Shown here one piece after another: positions 53,249 to 63,944 of a stretch of DNA of 64,000 nt. This DNA comes from Microcystaceae cyanobacterium (GTDB taxonomy: Bacteria; Cyanobacteriota; Cyanobacteriia; Cyanobacteriales; Microcystaceae). How positions within the stretch are numbered: position 1 is the first letter of the stretch; each line of letters begins with the position of its first letter. The DNA lies in NCBI GenBank assembly GCA_041746575.1, contig JBGTGT010000133.1, forward strand, positions 32,001-96,000, written 5' to 3'. The notes under the pieces are model-generated. The model was not told where the DNA came from. It did no database searches and saw only the letters and a program-made list of their open reading frames with translations. The position numbers and the translations under genes were made by a program.

Positions 53249-53624
53249 AAAATCTGCTATATTGGAAGTAGATTGTTATATTAAGATTCCTGTTTGCTCA
53301 CTAACCTAATCCCTTGATACAGCGCAAAACGTTATTCCAGTCAATCATTCGTAGGTTAGATCTATTCTTTTTTAATTTGTTTTTTCAGCACATCCTTAAC
53401 GCCTATATTCCAAGGGTAAGCCCTTTTAAAAGGGACATTTTCTTTATTTAAACCCTTAAAATTCCGATTGATTGTTTCTTAATTTTTCCTAGAACTTGAT
53501 CAAGCCAATGACAAAAAACAGCTAACCCTCAAATTGCCCCGATGCTTCCCACTGAATTTGAATTCTTAATTTGACTTTTTTCCTTTCCATCTAAGTCTCG
53601 ATAAACTCCGATAGAGGTACGTTC

Positions 53625-54047
53625 ATGATAGCTATTTCCCTTCCGACAGTGAAAAGATGTTGGCGCACCATGAGCTTCACTTCAACATTGTATCTCTGCC
53701 CAATTCTCGAATTACTAATTGCAGACATTCCCGATGAAATAAAACCTGAAATTAATTTAGGACTGCAAGAAGCACTGGTGAACGCCGCTAAACATGGAAA
53801 TAGCCTAAATCCCGATAAAACTATTATCATTCACTACTCTGCTACTGCGAACGAATATTCTTGGGTTATCTCTGACCAAGGTGCCGGTTTTTCTCCCTGT
53901 TGTAACTATTCAGACACCCCCGATCAGCAATTAGCGGTCGAAAATGCAGAAAATGGGAGAGGCTTATGGATTCTTCATCAAATTTTTGACCAAGTTCACT
54001 GGAATGCCCAGGGCAATCAGCTAAAACTGTGCAAAACCGTCAAATAA
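53625..54047 (+). CDS. pmgA: PmgA, RsbW-like anti-sigma factor/kinase
   Basis: 'SFTSTLYLCPILELL', 'LGLQEALVNAAKHGN', 'ISDQG', 'GRGL'. Confidence 0.88.
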   Translation: MIAISLPTVKRCWRTMSFTSTLYLCPILELLIADIPDEIKPEINLGLQEALVNAAKHGNSLNPDKTIIIHYSATANEYSWVISDQGAGFSPCCNYSDTPDQQLAVENAENGRGLWILHQIFDQVHWNAQGNQLKLCKTVK

Positions 54048-54077
54048 AAATTCTAGGTGAGGGAATGATAGATTAAG

Positions 54078-54392
54078 CTAGCGGTTTCCATGACCGTGGG
54101 AAGGGCAAGGTAAAGGAGAAATAGAGCGATCTAGCCACCCCGTTGCTTGCTTAAGGTGAATCAACGCCTCTTCAGGTTGATCTTTCAATAAAAACACCAA
54201 TGCCGCCCCCATATGCTGTCCTGCTTGAGCCTGACGGTTAGCCTTGAGGCGATGCCAATCTTGAGGTGAAATACTGAGGCGATGGGCGAGAATTTGAGCG
54301 ATTTCAAGATCAGACAGGGATTCTAAGGCAGAAGAGGAGGAAGATAAAATAGGTTGATTCATTGAAATGTCGTTTAGCCAATTTTCTATCAT
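54078..54392 (-). CDS. Conserved cyanobacterial hypothetical protein (DUF6439-like)
   Basis: 'DWHRLKANR', 'QATGWLDRSI..LPCPSHG'. Confidence 0.75.
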   Translation of the reverse strand: MIENWLNDISMNQPILSSSSSALESLSDLEIAQILAHRLSISPQDWHRLKANRQAQAGQHMGAALVFLLKDQPEEALIHLKQATGWLDRSISPLPCPSHGHGNR

Positions 54393-54461
54393 GTTAACTT
54401 AGTTAACCTCAGTTCGAGGAGAAATTTTTGGACCCTTCTTTCCTTCTCGTCAGAGACAAAC

Positions 54462-54485
54462 AAAAAAAGGTGGGCAACCCACCTC
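54462..54485 (-). terminator. Intrinsic terminator downstream of petG
   Basis: Minus strand AGGTGGG-TTG-CCCACCT followed by a T run. Confidence 0.7.
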
Positions 54486-54536
54486 GCGTAATTTGGCAAA
54501 AAGAAGCATTTTTATGCAAAAGGTCAATTAGAACAC

Positions 54537-54653
54537 TTAATCTAATCCAAGTTGCTTACCTCGTTTGTACTGCATATAGGCAGCAAAAAACAATCCTGCT
54601 ATGGTAATAAAAATTAAACCGAGGACAATTCCGAGTAATAACGGTTCAATCAC
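54537..54653 (-). CDS. petG: Cytochrome b6f complex subunit PetG (not in the ORF track)
   Basis: GTG start with a [45 protein letters not shown]. Confidence 0.96.
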   Translation of the reverse strand: MIEPLLLGIVLGLIFITIAGLFFAAYMQYKRGKQLGLD

Positions 54654-54829
54654 AGTGACGCTCCTTCGTGTTGGCTTTAATATGGCTCAAGATTATCCTA
54701 CTTTACCAAGTCCTGCCCCTAAAGGAAATTGCTAAATGCGTCCCGCTCGTTAAAGAAAGTTTAAATCGTTAGGATTTTCTGACCAAAATATTGCAAAATG
54801 TAAAGTGAAATCCAAAATTCTCAAAGACG

Positions 54830-55204
54830 GTGAATAACCCAGTCGCACAACCCAAAGATATCTTTCCGTCAGTTCTGCTGGCTCTTGTGATGATGGCGGC
54901 GACATTGCTGATGCTGTTGTTTAGTTTTTATGTCTATAAGGGGAATGATCCCTATATTCAATCCGTTTTATCCATTCAAGGCGATCGCCAACGCGGCCAT
55001 GAAATTTTTGAGATTAATTGTGCGGCCTGTCATGGACAGGAAGCCAATGGCAATGTGGGACCCGGTCTCCATGATATTTCAAGAAGAAGGTCTAAAAATG
55101 GCTTAATTCACCAAGTAACCAGTGGCAAAACCCCACCGATGCCCAAATTTCAACCAAACACTCAAGAGATGGCAGATTTACTTAGTTATTTAGAAAATCT
55201 TTGA
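54830..55204 (+). CDS. cytM: Cytochrome cM
   Basis: N-terminal TM helix, 'CAACHG', 'VGPGL', 'GKTPPMPKFQP'; divergent from petG. Confidence 0.9.
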   Translation: MNNPVAQPKDIFPSVLLALVMMAATLLMLLFSFYVYKGNDPYIQSVLSIQGDRQRGHEIFEINCAACHGQEANGNVGPGLHDISRRRSKNGLIHQVTSGKTPPMPKFQPNTQEMADLLSYLENL

Positions 55205-55242
55205 GAGCGACCTATCAGCCGTTACTTGCCTATCTCCTCCCG

Positions 55243-56502
55243 TTAAGAATGACACTGTGCAGAGGGAAAGGGCGATAGTTTTTTTAAGGCGGCTAGTGCG
55301 TGTAATTGAACAGAACGCTGAGAATCTTGTGCTAATTCCGATAGACAGTCGAAGGCAGTAAATTGACCCAATTCTCCCAAGGCAAAAGCGATCGCTTGTT
55401 TCAAGGAAGGAGAAGTGCTGTTTTTTTGACTGGAAAGCAGAAAATCGATTAAAATGTGGCTAGATTTAGCTTTCAATGCTGGAACTGTTAACCGACCTAA
55501 GACCCGAACAATTTCTTGGCAGATTACCTCATCGCTCCACCGTAGCCCTTCTTCAAGATAGTCGAGCGTTTGAGCCGTATTAATCCAATGGAATGCCCTT
55601 ACAACGTCCAATTTAAGCATAATTGGGGTTGCTGGAGACTTTAAGAGGGGAAAAAGGAGTTCGGCGGCGTCATTCGTGCCAATTCTTGCCAACGCTAAAA
55701 TGGTTTGCTGACTGACGGCTAAACTCACATCATAAAGAAGCGGTTTGAGGAGATTAAGCAAGTCTAACGTTGACTCTTGGGGACAAGATTCCGTAGCCAA
55801 TGTCAGAGCAATCACCACTTCTTTGCGGACAATAGCAGCCGGGTCGATTAATTTGTGACGTAAAATTTCTAAAATTTCAGGATCTCGAAAACTGCCTAAC
55901 GCTTCAATGGCTGTCACCCGAATTTCAGGGGAAGGGTCATCAACCACATTAACCAGATAGGGAATAATCTGACGGTGGCGAATGTGAGCAAGGGCTTTAA
56001 CCGCCCAAAAACGGTATTCTGCCTGATCTAGGAGATTTCCCAAGGATTCAATTGCAGAAAGTCCAATATGAGCTAAAGCTTCCAAGGTGAGGCTGATTAA
56101 TTCTTCTTCTTTGGTTTGATGAAGGAATTTAACAAGAATCAAAATACTCTCTGCTCTATCAAATTGACCGAGAAGACGAATAATAAACCAACGACTTTCA
56201 AAATCCGTCGTTTCTGCGATTAAGTATTCACTTAAGACGGCAATTCCTTGGTCACCTAATTTTGGATAAAATTTGATTATTTCCCACTTTGTGGCAAAAT
56301 CTCCCTTGAGCAAAGTTTCAAGGGCTATTATTTGGGTTTTATGCCATTCTTTGTTAGTTAAATCCCAAAGATCCCGATTTTCTTTTTGAGTTGGTAAGGT
56401 TTGTAAAATCCGAAATACACAAGTCCAGTCTGATTGTTGGGTTGCCGCGATCGCTTGATCAAGATTAGAAGTCATGGTGATTTGTGTAGAGCGTATCGTC
56501 AA
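55243..56502 (-). CDS. HEAT-repeat (PBS lyase-like) protein
   Basis: Repeated 'D...IRVTAIEALG', 'VRKEVVIAL', 'AIAFALGELG' units. Confidence 0.85.
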   Translation of the reverse strand: MTIRSTQITMTSNLDQAIAATQQSDWTCVFRILQTLPTQKENRDLWDLTNKEWHKTQIIALETLLKGDFATKWEIIKFYPKLGDQGIAVLSEYLIAETTDFESRWFIIRLLGQFDRAESILILVKFLHQTKEEELISLTLEALAHIGLSAIESLGNLLDQAEYRFWAVKALAHIRHRQIIPYLVNVVDDPSPEIRVTAIEALGSFRDPEILEILRHKLIDPAAIVRKEVVIALTLATESCPQESTLDLLNLLKPLLYDVSLAVSQQTILALARIGTNDAAELLFPLLKSPATPIMLKLDVVRAFHWINTAQTLDYLEEGLRWSDEVICQEIVRVLGRLTVPALKAKSSHILIDFLLSSQKNSTSPSLKQAIAFALGELGQFTAFDCLSELAQDSQRSVQLHALAALKKLSPFPSAQCHS

Positions 56503-56670
56503 AGCATTCTATCATAAGCCAATCTACATTTTATCTGCAAGATTGGGCAGTTCTCTCATCCTTGAGGGATACTGTAAATAGAAGGGAAAGATACAATCGA
56601 AAATGCTCAAACCCTGAGCAAAATCTTAGCTCAACTTAACCTTTCGTTACGTCATTATCTGTCCAAAAAT

Positions 56671-57399
56671 ATGATCATGAAAAAAATTCTTTTAGGGATG
56701 GTCTTACTGATCTTATCGGGAGTCACCGTCGCTTGCAATCAAGTTGATGAAGAAGCACCCAATCCCGAAACCCCTACCAGTCAAACGCTGCCGCCCCCCC
56801 CCAATCCCAACCCTGTGGCGACTGCTAGTACGCCCTTTTCGTCGGACTCGACTCCAACAACGGGGAAAGTCAATCTGATTCCCCCAACCACATCTAAGCA
56901 AAGACGAGCAGAAATTCTTAAAGGAAGACCTGACCCTTATGCCACGTTTCCGGCCAAAGCTGAGGTCGTCAAGCCCGAAAATCCTGCCTCTCAAAGCAGT
57001 GGTAATGCTGAAAAATTCCCGTCCGATGGCAATGCCCCCCGTTCTTTCCGCCCCCCTATCCCGGGTGAAGGCTCAACGTCTCCTGTTGCCCGTTCAAATG
57101 GGCGTGGACAGTTATCTCCTCCGTCTGCCCCCGTTATCCCACCGCCCCCACCGAGTCCTGATGAAGCAGAGGCTGTCAATGTGTCTGGGGTAATTCAGTT
57201 AGGGGGAACGTCCGTAGCAATTTTAACCGCACCCGGCGAAAAGGGAGTACGCCATGTCAAACCGGGGGATCGCATTGCTGAAGGGCAAGTTTTAGTCAAA
57301 TCGATTAATATAAGTGCCAGACAACCGTTTGTGGTTTTAGAACAGTATGGACAGGAAGTTATTAAAGTAGTGGGCGACAATACCACTGCCGCCCTTTAG
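56671..57399 (+). CDS. Proline-rich lipoprotein with a PilP-like C-terminal domain
   Basis: Lipobox 'VAC', 'GRPDPY', Pro-rich linker, 'VSGVIQLGG..AILTAPGE...VKPGDRI...VLVKSI'. Confidence 0.6.
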   Translation: MIMKKILLGMVLLILSGVTVACNQVDEEAPNPETPTSQTLPPPPNPNPVATASTPFSSDSTPTTGKVNLIPPTTSKQRRAEILKGRPDPYATFPAKAEVVKPENPASQSSGNAEKFPSDGNAPRSFRPPIPGEGSTSPVARSNGRGQLSPPSAPVIPPPPPSPDEAEAVNVSGVIQLGGTSVAILTAPGEKGVRHVKPGDRIAEGQVLVKSINISARQPFVVLEQYGQEVIKVVGDNTTAAL

Positions 57400-57436
57400 T
57401 TTTGACTTCATCGAGTCGATTTAAGCGTTAATTAAG

Positions 57437-57706
57437 ATGCCACCTCATACACATCCACAATGGCTGACTTATCCTTCTCTTCCTTTGGCCGTTTATCGAG
57501 AAATTGCGGCACACCTACAGCAAGTGGAGGGGGTTCAGGTCGAAGTATTACCTCAAGATGCCCCCTCTTTTGACTATGGGCAAAGTCAGGTTAAAGGGTT
57601 AAGTTTGGGTTATTCTGAGTCCCTAACAGATGCCCAACGCCAGCAAGTCCAATCAATTTTGGATTATTACGCTAAAATTCATGGAAATTATGAAATTAAG
57701 TTTTAA
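57437..57706 (+). CDS. Conserved hypothetical protein
   Basis: 89 aa; 'LPLAVYREIAAHLQQV', 'FDYGQSQV', 'ILDYYA'. Confidence 0.75.
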   Translation: MPPHTHPQWLTYPSLPLAVYREIAAHLQQVEGVQVEVLPQDAPSFDYGQSQVKGLSLGYSESLTDAQRQQVQSILDYYAKIHGNYEIKF

Positions 57707-57828
57707 TTGCCGGAATTAAGCGTATTGTGCCTCTTTTATAAAATTTGCTCCCAACTTTCCGTCCTATGTTAAACTCCTAAGGACATTGTTCTGTGTGATT
57801 GAGTGACATTTGACAGGCATAAAACAAT

Positions 57829-58560
57829 ATGAGTATGGATGATATTCCTCAAGCGTTGAGGAAACCAGAAAAACCTAAGTCGATTGATGATTCTTGGCTT
57901 TCCTTGCCGATTTTTGCGACGATTATAGGAATAATTGCTCTGCTGGGCGGATTAGGTTTTTTTTGGGCTACCCAAGAACGTCCCCCTGCCGTCATTTCTC
58001 AAGTCTCTCCTTCAGCGTTGGTAGAGCCTAGTCCGACGACTGAAAATGTCTTAGGTCATTTATCCTACTCAGAAGCCCCAGAGGAAGTTTTAGTTCCCTT
58101 GACTGCCGATGGAGGGTTACGCTTACGAAAATCGGCCGCCCAAGAATTTCGGAGAATGCAGCAAGATGCTAGGGCAGACGGGATTATTCTCCTACCTTTA
58201 TCAGGTTTTAGAACGGTTGCTGAGCAAAATTACCTCTTTTTTAAAGTCAAAGAACAGCGAAATCAAGACGCGCAAAAACGAGCCGAAGTAAGCGCACCTC
58301 CCGGTTATAGTGAGCATCATACGGGGTACGCCCTTGACATTGGCGATGGACGAACGCCTGCGACAAATCTTAGTCAAAGCTTTGAAAATACCGCTGCGTT
58401 TCACTGGTTACAACAAAATGCCGCCCGTTATAGTTTTGAGATGTCTTTTCCCCTCAATAATCCCCAAGGCATTAATTATGAACCGTGGCACTGGCGTTAT
58501 GTGGGAGATAGCACGAGCTTAGAAACTTTTTATAAGGCACAACAGTTAAAAAAGAATTAA
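57829..58560 (+). CDS. D-alanyl-D-alanine carboxypeptidase (VanY/M15B)
   Basis: 'SGFR', 'SAPPGYSEHHTGYALD', 'YEPWHWRYVG'; N-terminal TM helix. Confidence 0.92.
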   Translation: MSMDDIPQALRKPEKPKSIDDSWLSLPIFATIIGIIALLGGLGFFWATQERPPAVISQVSPSALVEPSPTTENVLGHLSYSEAPEEVLVPLTADGGLRLRKSAAQEFRRMQQDARADGIILLPLSGFRTVAEQNYLFFKVKEQRNQDAQKRAEVSAPPGYSEHHTGYALDIGDGRTPATNLSQSFENTAAFHWLQQNAARYSFEMSFPLNNPQGINYEPWHWRYVGDSTSLETFYKAQQLKKN

Positions 58561-58769
58561 GAGATTCTTGGCATAGGGTTTCTTAAAGGCTTGCGTAAAG
58601 TATTGCAAAAAAAGTTCAATAAATGTTGCAGATGCTGCTTTTCGACTGCCATCTTTGTCATAATTAAAATTAGAAAACAAAAGAGCGAAGGAATTGATCC
58701 CTCATTAATTTTTCTTTAATCTTATTCCGTTTTCACCTTCGCATCTATTACAATTGAGAGGTCACAGTT

Positions 58770-58913
58770 ATGATGAAAGCGTTACAGAATTTAGTACAAT
58801 ACGTTACCGAAGGATTTGCTCGTATTTTTAGTCCTAGTGATGATGAATATCCTGAAATTGGGGTTCAACCCTTTGATAGCGACCCCTATGTTCCTTCTAA
58901 ACCTGAAATCTAA
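58770..58913 (+). CDS. atpT: AtpTheta (Norf1), small ATP synthase inhibitor (not in the ORF track)
   Basis: MMKALQNLVQYVTEGFARIFSPSDDEYPEIGVQPFDSDPYVPSKPEI (47 aa), with the QY..E...RIFSP..D.YP.IGVQPF signature; GAGAGG RBS. Confidence 0.88.
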   Translation: MMKALQNLVQYVTEGFARIFSPSDDEYPEIGVQPFDSDPYVPSKPEI

Positions 58914-58969
58914 ATTCACCGTTTGAAGGGGTTCAAATGAAGAAAATAAGATGAAGTGTAGACACGTCA

Positions 58970-58998
58970 GTGGAGTTACCCTAACAACTCCACCTTTT
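58970..58998 (+). terminator. Intrinsic terminator of atpT
   Basis: GTGGAGTT-ACCCTAAC-AACTCCAC-CTTTT. Confidence 0.65.
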
Positions 58999-59164
58999 GC
59001 CATTCCTAATCATTATTTGTTGTAGCATTCTACCTTTGACGAGGTTAATCTAAGGTTGATTTAACGTAAAGTGCGATTTTGGATAAGCAACCTGTCGAAC
59101 CCCTATTGATCCATAAATCGGTAAAATGAATAAGAACGGGGCAACCCTATTATTCAAAATTGAC

Positions 59165-61063
59165 ATGACCCTCAGACTCCCTCAAGACTTTCAAGGCACC
59201 TTTGACGTTATCGTGGTCGGTGCTGGCCATTCCGGTTGTGAATCTGCCTTAGCTTGCGCTCGCTTAGGCTGTCGTACCCTGATGTTAACCTTAAATTTGG
59301 ACAAAATTGCTTGGCAACCCTGTAATCCTGCCGTAGGAGGTCCGGCGAAATCCCAATTAACCCATGAGGTGGACGCATTAGGGGGAGAAATTGGCAAAAT
59401 GGCTGATCGTACCTATTTACAAAAGCGGGTTCTCAATTTGTCGCGGGGACCAGCAGTGTGGGCTTTAAGAGCGCAGACGGATAAGCGGGAATACGCCGCC
59501 GTTATGAAGAATATTATCGAAAATCAAGAAAATTTAGTCATTCGAGAAGGAATGGCTACGGATTTGGTATTAGGTAATAATGAGGAAATTGTTGGCGTAC
59601 AAACTTACTTTGGAACGTGCTTTCAAGCAAAGGCTGTTATCCTCACCACAGGGACGTTTTTAGGCGGAAAAATCTGGATTGGCGGAAAATCTATGTCCGC
59701 TGGACGTGCAGGAGAATTTGCGGCGGTTGGACTAACGGAAACCCTCAATCAGCTAGGATTTGAAACGGGACGGTTAAAAACAGGGACTCCAGCGCGGGTA
59801 GATAAGCGTTCGGTTGACTATAGCAGACTTGAACCCCAACCCCCCGATGAGGAAATACGCTGGTTTAGTTTTGACCCTGAGGTGTGGATAGAACGAGAAC
59901 AGATGAATTGTTACTTAACTCGGACAACAGCAAAAACCCATCAGTTAATTCGGGATAATTTGCATTTATCGCCGATTTATGGCGGTTTTATCGATTCTAA
60001 AGGGCCACGCTATTGCCCATCGATTGAAGATAAGATTGTCCGCTTTGCCGATAAGGAAAGTCATCAAATTTTTATTGAACCCGAAGGGCGAGATATTCCT
60101 GAGTTATATATACAAGGGTTTTCAACGGGATTACCTGAAAACATTCAATTAGCCATGTTACACACTTTACCCGGTTTAGAAAACTGTATCATGTTGCGGC
60201 CAGCTTATGCGGTAGAGTACGATTATTTACCGGCTACTCAATGTTATCCGACTTTGATGACGAAGAAGATTGAAGGGCTATTTTGTGCGGGACAAATTAA
60301 TGGGACGACAGGGTATGAAGAAGCGGCGGCGCAGGGTATTGTTGCTGGCATTAATGCGGCTAAATTTGTTAGAAATGAGGACATGATTATCTTTTCGAGG
60401 GAAGAAAGTTATCTCGGTACACTCATTGATGATTTATGTACCAAAGATTTAAGAGAACCCTATCGAATGTTAACCTCTCGTTCAGAATATCGTCTGATTT
60501 TACGGTCGGATAATGCTGACCAAAGATTAACTCCTCTAGGATATAAAATTGGCTTAATTAATCGCCGTCGTTGGCAATTGTTTCAAGATAAACAAGCTCA
60601 GATTATTGCGGAAAAAGAGCGGTTACACGAAACTCGTATTAAGGAAAATAATGAGGCGGGAATCGCTATTGCGGCTGATACCCAACAGAAGATTAAAGGC
60701 TCTGTTTCCCTTGCGGATTTATTACGTCGCCCCCAAGTCCATTATGAGGATTTAGAACGGTACGGATTAGGGAATATGAGTTTAAATCAAGCCGAAAAAG
60801 AAGGGGCGGAAATTGATATTAAATATGCAGGTTATTTGAAACGCCAACAAAACCAAATTGATCAAATGAGTCGTCATCATCGGCGAAATTTACCCCAAGA
60901 TTTAGATTATATGGCTATTGATACTCTATCCATGGAAGCAAGGGAAAAACTGAACAAAGTGAAGCCTTTAACCCTTGGTCAAGCGTCCCGCATTGGGGGG
61001 GTTAATCCGGCAGATATTAACGCTTTACTGGTGTATTTGGAGTTAAAAATGGTGACGAAATAA
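59165..61063 (+). CDS. mnmG: tRNA uridine-5-carboxymethylaminomethyl modification enzyme MnmG (GidA)
   Basis: 'VVGAGHSG', 'CNPAVGG', 'RLKTGTP', '[11 protein letters not shown]', '[16 protein letters not shown]', '[14 protein letters not shown]'; start taken at ATG 59165. Confidence 0.97.
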   Translation: MTLRLPQDFQGTFDVIVVGAGHSGCESALACARLGCRTLMLTLNLDKIAWQPCNPAVGGPAKSQLTHEVDALGGEIGKMADRTYLQKRVLNLSRGPAVWALRAQTDKREYAAVMKNIIENQENLVIREGMATDLVLGNNEEIVGVQTYFGTCFQAKAVILTTGTFLGGKIWIGGKSMSAGRAGEFAAVGLTETLNQLGFETGRLKTGTPARVDKRSVDYSRLEPQPPDEEIRWFSFDPEVWIEREQMNCYLTRTTAKTHQLIRDNLHLSPIYGGFIDSKGPRYCPSIEDKIVRFADKESHQIFIEPEGRDIPELYIQGFSTGLPENIQLAMLHTLPGLENCIMLRPAYAVEYDYLPATQCYPTLMTKKIEGLFCAGQINGTTGYEEAAAQGIVAGINAAKFVRNEDMIIFSREESYLGTLIDDLCTKDLREPYRMLTSRSEYRLILRSDNADQRLTPLGYKIGLINRRRWQLFQDKQAQIIAEKERLHETRIKENNEAGIAIAADTQQKIKGSVSLADLLRRPQVHYEDLERYGLGNMSLNQAEKEGAEIDIKYAGYLKRQQNQIDQMSRHHRRNLPQDLDYMAIDTLSMEAREKLNKVKPLTLGQASRIGGVNPADINALLVYLELKMVTK

Positions 61064-61121
61064 GCCTCAATGTTGGTTAATTTGAGGTGCAAAATTTGAC
61101 TTCTCAATTATGCTTTGCGTT

Positions 61122-63944
61122 TTAGTCAAAACACGCTCGACTTAATAACAATTTTCCCTCAGGCGAACGATAAATTCCTTGCGGTTCAATGATTGGATCT
61201 CCTTTTTTCCAAGTGGGTTTATGATCAACGTTAGGGATTTCTTGAACTGTCCCCGTGGGATAGGGAGCAATACCGGAGTCTCCCGGACGTGACGGCAATC
61301 CCCCTGCGCCTGTAATCGTAAGTTGTCCCCTTTGGGAGCTTTCTGGGACAATACAACGATTAGAAATGAGTTTTTCGGGGTCAATCAAAGAATCTGGCAA
61401 TTGAACAAGACTATTTTGAATAAACGTTAAATCGGGGATAAAAATTACCCCTGCCACTGCGCCACTGGCATTAATGTCCACTCGCCCGTTATGATTGAGA
61501 ATATTAGGGTCTGACACCGAAGAAGTGGGTTGATAACCATTGCCAAAGAAAACGGGGGTATTAAGTCGAATATCGCCCCCTCTGCCATCTCGTGCAAAAG
61601 CTAAAATATCACTGTCATTGAAATTGATGATAGAATTAGCAGTTAAAGTAATATTTCCCCCTCCTCCTTCACCAGTCTCTACATTTGTCCGAATATCACT
61701 ATTTCCTGATAAACGAATATCTTGTGCGACGATGTTAATTTCTCCGCCAGATGCTTGATTGGCGTTGGCACTAATTAAGCCATCTTGAGCTGTGAATAAA
61801 CCTGTAATATTAAGATTAATATTGCCAGCATTTCCTTCCCCTTGAGAAAGGGTTGTTATTTGACTATTATTATCTAAAGTCAGAGAATCAGCGTTAATTT
61901 GAATAAAGCCCCCTTTTCCATTTCTGCGAGTAGCTGCTGAAATTAATGCACCATTAATTACGCTTAAATGGGAAGTTGTTAAATCAATATTACCAGCACT
62001 ACCTTCACCTTGAGTTGTTGAAAAGATACCTGTTGTAAAATCTTGTAAGGTTAAGGTTATAGCATCAGAAGCATTAATCGTTAAATTTCCACCTTGTCCT
62101 TGGTTAAGAGTTGAAGTTGAGATAAATGCACCCGCATTAAGTTCAAGACGTTTTGTAAGAATATTTAAGTTACCTGCATTACCGATACTAAGAGAACCAG
62201 TGGAAATTGAACTGGGAAAACCTTGTAAACTGACTAAATCAGATGCTTCAATGAAGATGGCACCTCCTTCACCTCCTTCTCCACGTACAGCTTCGGTTTC
62301 TGCTGTTATAACTCCTCTATTTCCTAAGAAAAGATTTTTTGTGTATATATTAATGTTTCCTGCATCGCCTCTACCACTTGTATCAGTTGAAATAATACTA
62401 AAAGCAGGGTTATTAAAGTCAAAGGTATTAAGATTAATTGAGTCTGATACTTGAATTATTATGTCTCCCCCTTCAGTAAACTCTGTCTCAGTAGAAACCA
62501 ATCCACCATTAATAACATTAAAATTTCGAGCTTGAAGAAAAATATCTCCTCCTTTAGTTGCCGAAACATTGACTGCTCTTATAAATGCACTATCAATAGT
62601 AATATTATGATTAGCTTGAATTCTTATATCTCCTGACAGTCCTTGACTATTAAACGACACATTACCAATGAAAGAAAATAACTGAGAGGTAAGATTATTT
62701 GTTTCAATGACTAAATTTCCACTATTGCCTATAATAGTTGTCTTACCAGATGTATCTTGGTTAATTGTTCCTGTAGAAAGAATCGAACCATTAACGAGAT
62801 TAATTTCTTCTGCTTTAATTTGAATATCTTTGGCATCTCCATTGCTTAAGGTAAAAGAAATAATGGCAGATTCGTTAGTCAGATTGAGCGTTTTTCCTTG
62901 AATATTAATTTCTCCGTTACCACTTCCCAAAATGTCTGGATTAATTAAAGCAAGCTGGTTTAAATTAATATTTCCCTGACTCGCTTTCTCTATTCCTTCA
63001 AATCCTAATTGCCATCCATTGCTGACTGGCGTTAGACTGACATTTCCTCCGTTCATCACACTTCCTACTTCTATCCTGCCACCTAGTGCTGTAATAAAAC
63101 CGCCCTCTAGATTAATATCTCCTCCTATCAAGGCTAAAGTGTTATTAGGTAATACATATAAGCTATCTATACTTTCTATTTCTCCTTCAGGACTTAAAGT
63201 CACAGGACGAGATAACAACTCAGTTAATATATTTTTGGTTAGATTATTTACCTCTTCTGGCGTTGTATCTGGCGTAATACTTTGCAAAAATCTATTTAAA
63301 GGTTTATCTTTTCCTTGTACGGTAATGGGTTGAGAATTGGTTTGAGTAAATTGTAAACCGATGGGAGTGCTAACGGTTAAAAGCGGAGAAGATTGCGCTA
63401 AATTGGCACTGAAAATTGTGCCATCTGCAAAGTTAATTTGATTTGCTGTCGTTGCAATAAATGAGCCGCCTACATTTAAGCTTGCATTTTCACCAAATAA
63501 AATCCCATTCGGATTGAGAAAAAAGATATTCGCTGTTCCTAAATCTTGTAGCGATATCAAATTCGACAAGTTAATCTCTGAAAGATTGGGTAGATTCATC
63601 AACAGATTATTAATCGTGCTTTCTTTGATTAAGCCTAAAGTCCCCAATAAATTAGAAGGATTATCTCCTGTTACCCGAATTAAGAGATTATTAACCCCAT
63701 CAGGATTACTTAGAATAATCGTTTGTCCTTCAGAAATACTAAAATCTTGAAAACTCTGAAATAAATTTTCACCTCGGATTGCTCCCCCTTGAATTAATTG
63801 TAATAATTCCGAAAAAGGAATAACAATTGCACTTTCTGACCCTAAACTTTGATCAGGAGTCACCTGTGCTAAGGTTAATGGATAATGAATTAACGAACTT
63901 CCTAAGAAACTGAGTAAACCTAATCCGATTTTAAAAGGAAACAT
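61122..63944 (-). CDS. Filamentous haemagglutinin N-terminal domain (TpsA-like) exoprotein
   Basis: Signal peptide, 'GENLFQSFQDFS', 'NPNGILFG' secretion domain, many GxAGxIxIx beta-helix repeats, cyanobacterial C-terminus 'EPQGIYR'. Confidence 0.9.
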   Translation of the reverse strand: MFPFKIGLGLLSFLGSSLIHYPLTLAQVTPDQSLGSESAIVIPFSELLQLIQGGAIRGENLFQSFQDFSISEGQTIILSNPDGVNNLLIRVTGDNPSNLLGTLGLIKESTINNLLMNLPNLSEINLSNLISLQDLGTANIFFLNPNGILFGENASLNVGGSFIATTANQINFADGTIFSANLAQSSPLLTVSTPIGLQFTQTNSQPITVQGKDKPLNRFLQSITPDTTPEEVNNLTKNILTELLSRPVTLSPEGEIESIDSLYVLPNNTLALIGGDINLEGGFITALGGRIEVGSVMNGGNVSLTPVSNGWQLGFEGIEKASQGNINLNQLALINPDILGSGNGEINIQGKTLNLTNESAIISFTLSNGDAKDIQIKAEEINLVNGSILSTGTINQDTSGKTTIIGNSGNLVIETNNLTSQLFSFIGNVSFNSQGLSGDIRIQANHNITIDSAFIRAVNVSATKGGDIFLQARNFNVINGGLVSTETEFTEGGDIIIQVSDSINLNTFDFNNPAFSIISTDTSGRGDAGNINIYTKNLFLGNRGVITAETEAVRGEGGEGGAIFIEASDLVSLQGFPSSISTGSLSIGNAGNLNILTKRLELNAGAFISTSTLNQGQGGNLTINASDAITLTLQDFTTGIFSTTQGEGSAGNIDLTTSHLSVINGALISAATRRNGKGGFIQINADSLTLDNNSQITTLSQGEGNAGNINLNITGLFTAQDGLISANANQASGGEINIVAQDIRLSGNSDIRTNVETGEGGGGNITLTANSIINFNDSDILAFARDGRGGDIRLNTPVFFGNGYQPTSSVSDPNILNHNGRVDINASGAVAGVIFIPDLTFIQNSLVQLPDSLIDPEKLISNRCIVPESSQRGQLTITGAGGLPSRPGDSGIAPYPTGTVQEIPNVDHKPTWKKGDPIIEPQGIYRSPEGKLLLSRACFD

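Larger units (their letters stand above)
1631..56455. repeat. Dispersed HIP1 octamers (GCGATCGC)
   Basis: Examples start at 1631, 2542, 4321, 19180, 21678, 26972 and 55388; a cyanobacterial genome signature. Confidence 0.9.

Noticed and set aside
58791..59003. 70-aa minus-strand ORF
   Set aside because: It is the antisense shadow of atpT.
22394..61063. queG, queD, tlyA, rlmD, mnmG and a tRNA as an RNA-modification or 7-deazaguanine DNA-modification cluster
   Set aside because: The genes are scattered over about 40 kb among unrelated core genes, and no dpdA/tgt-like gene is present.
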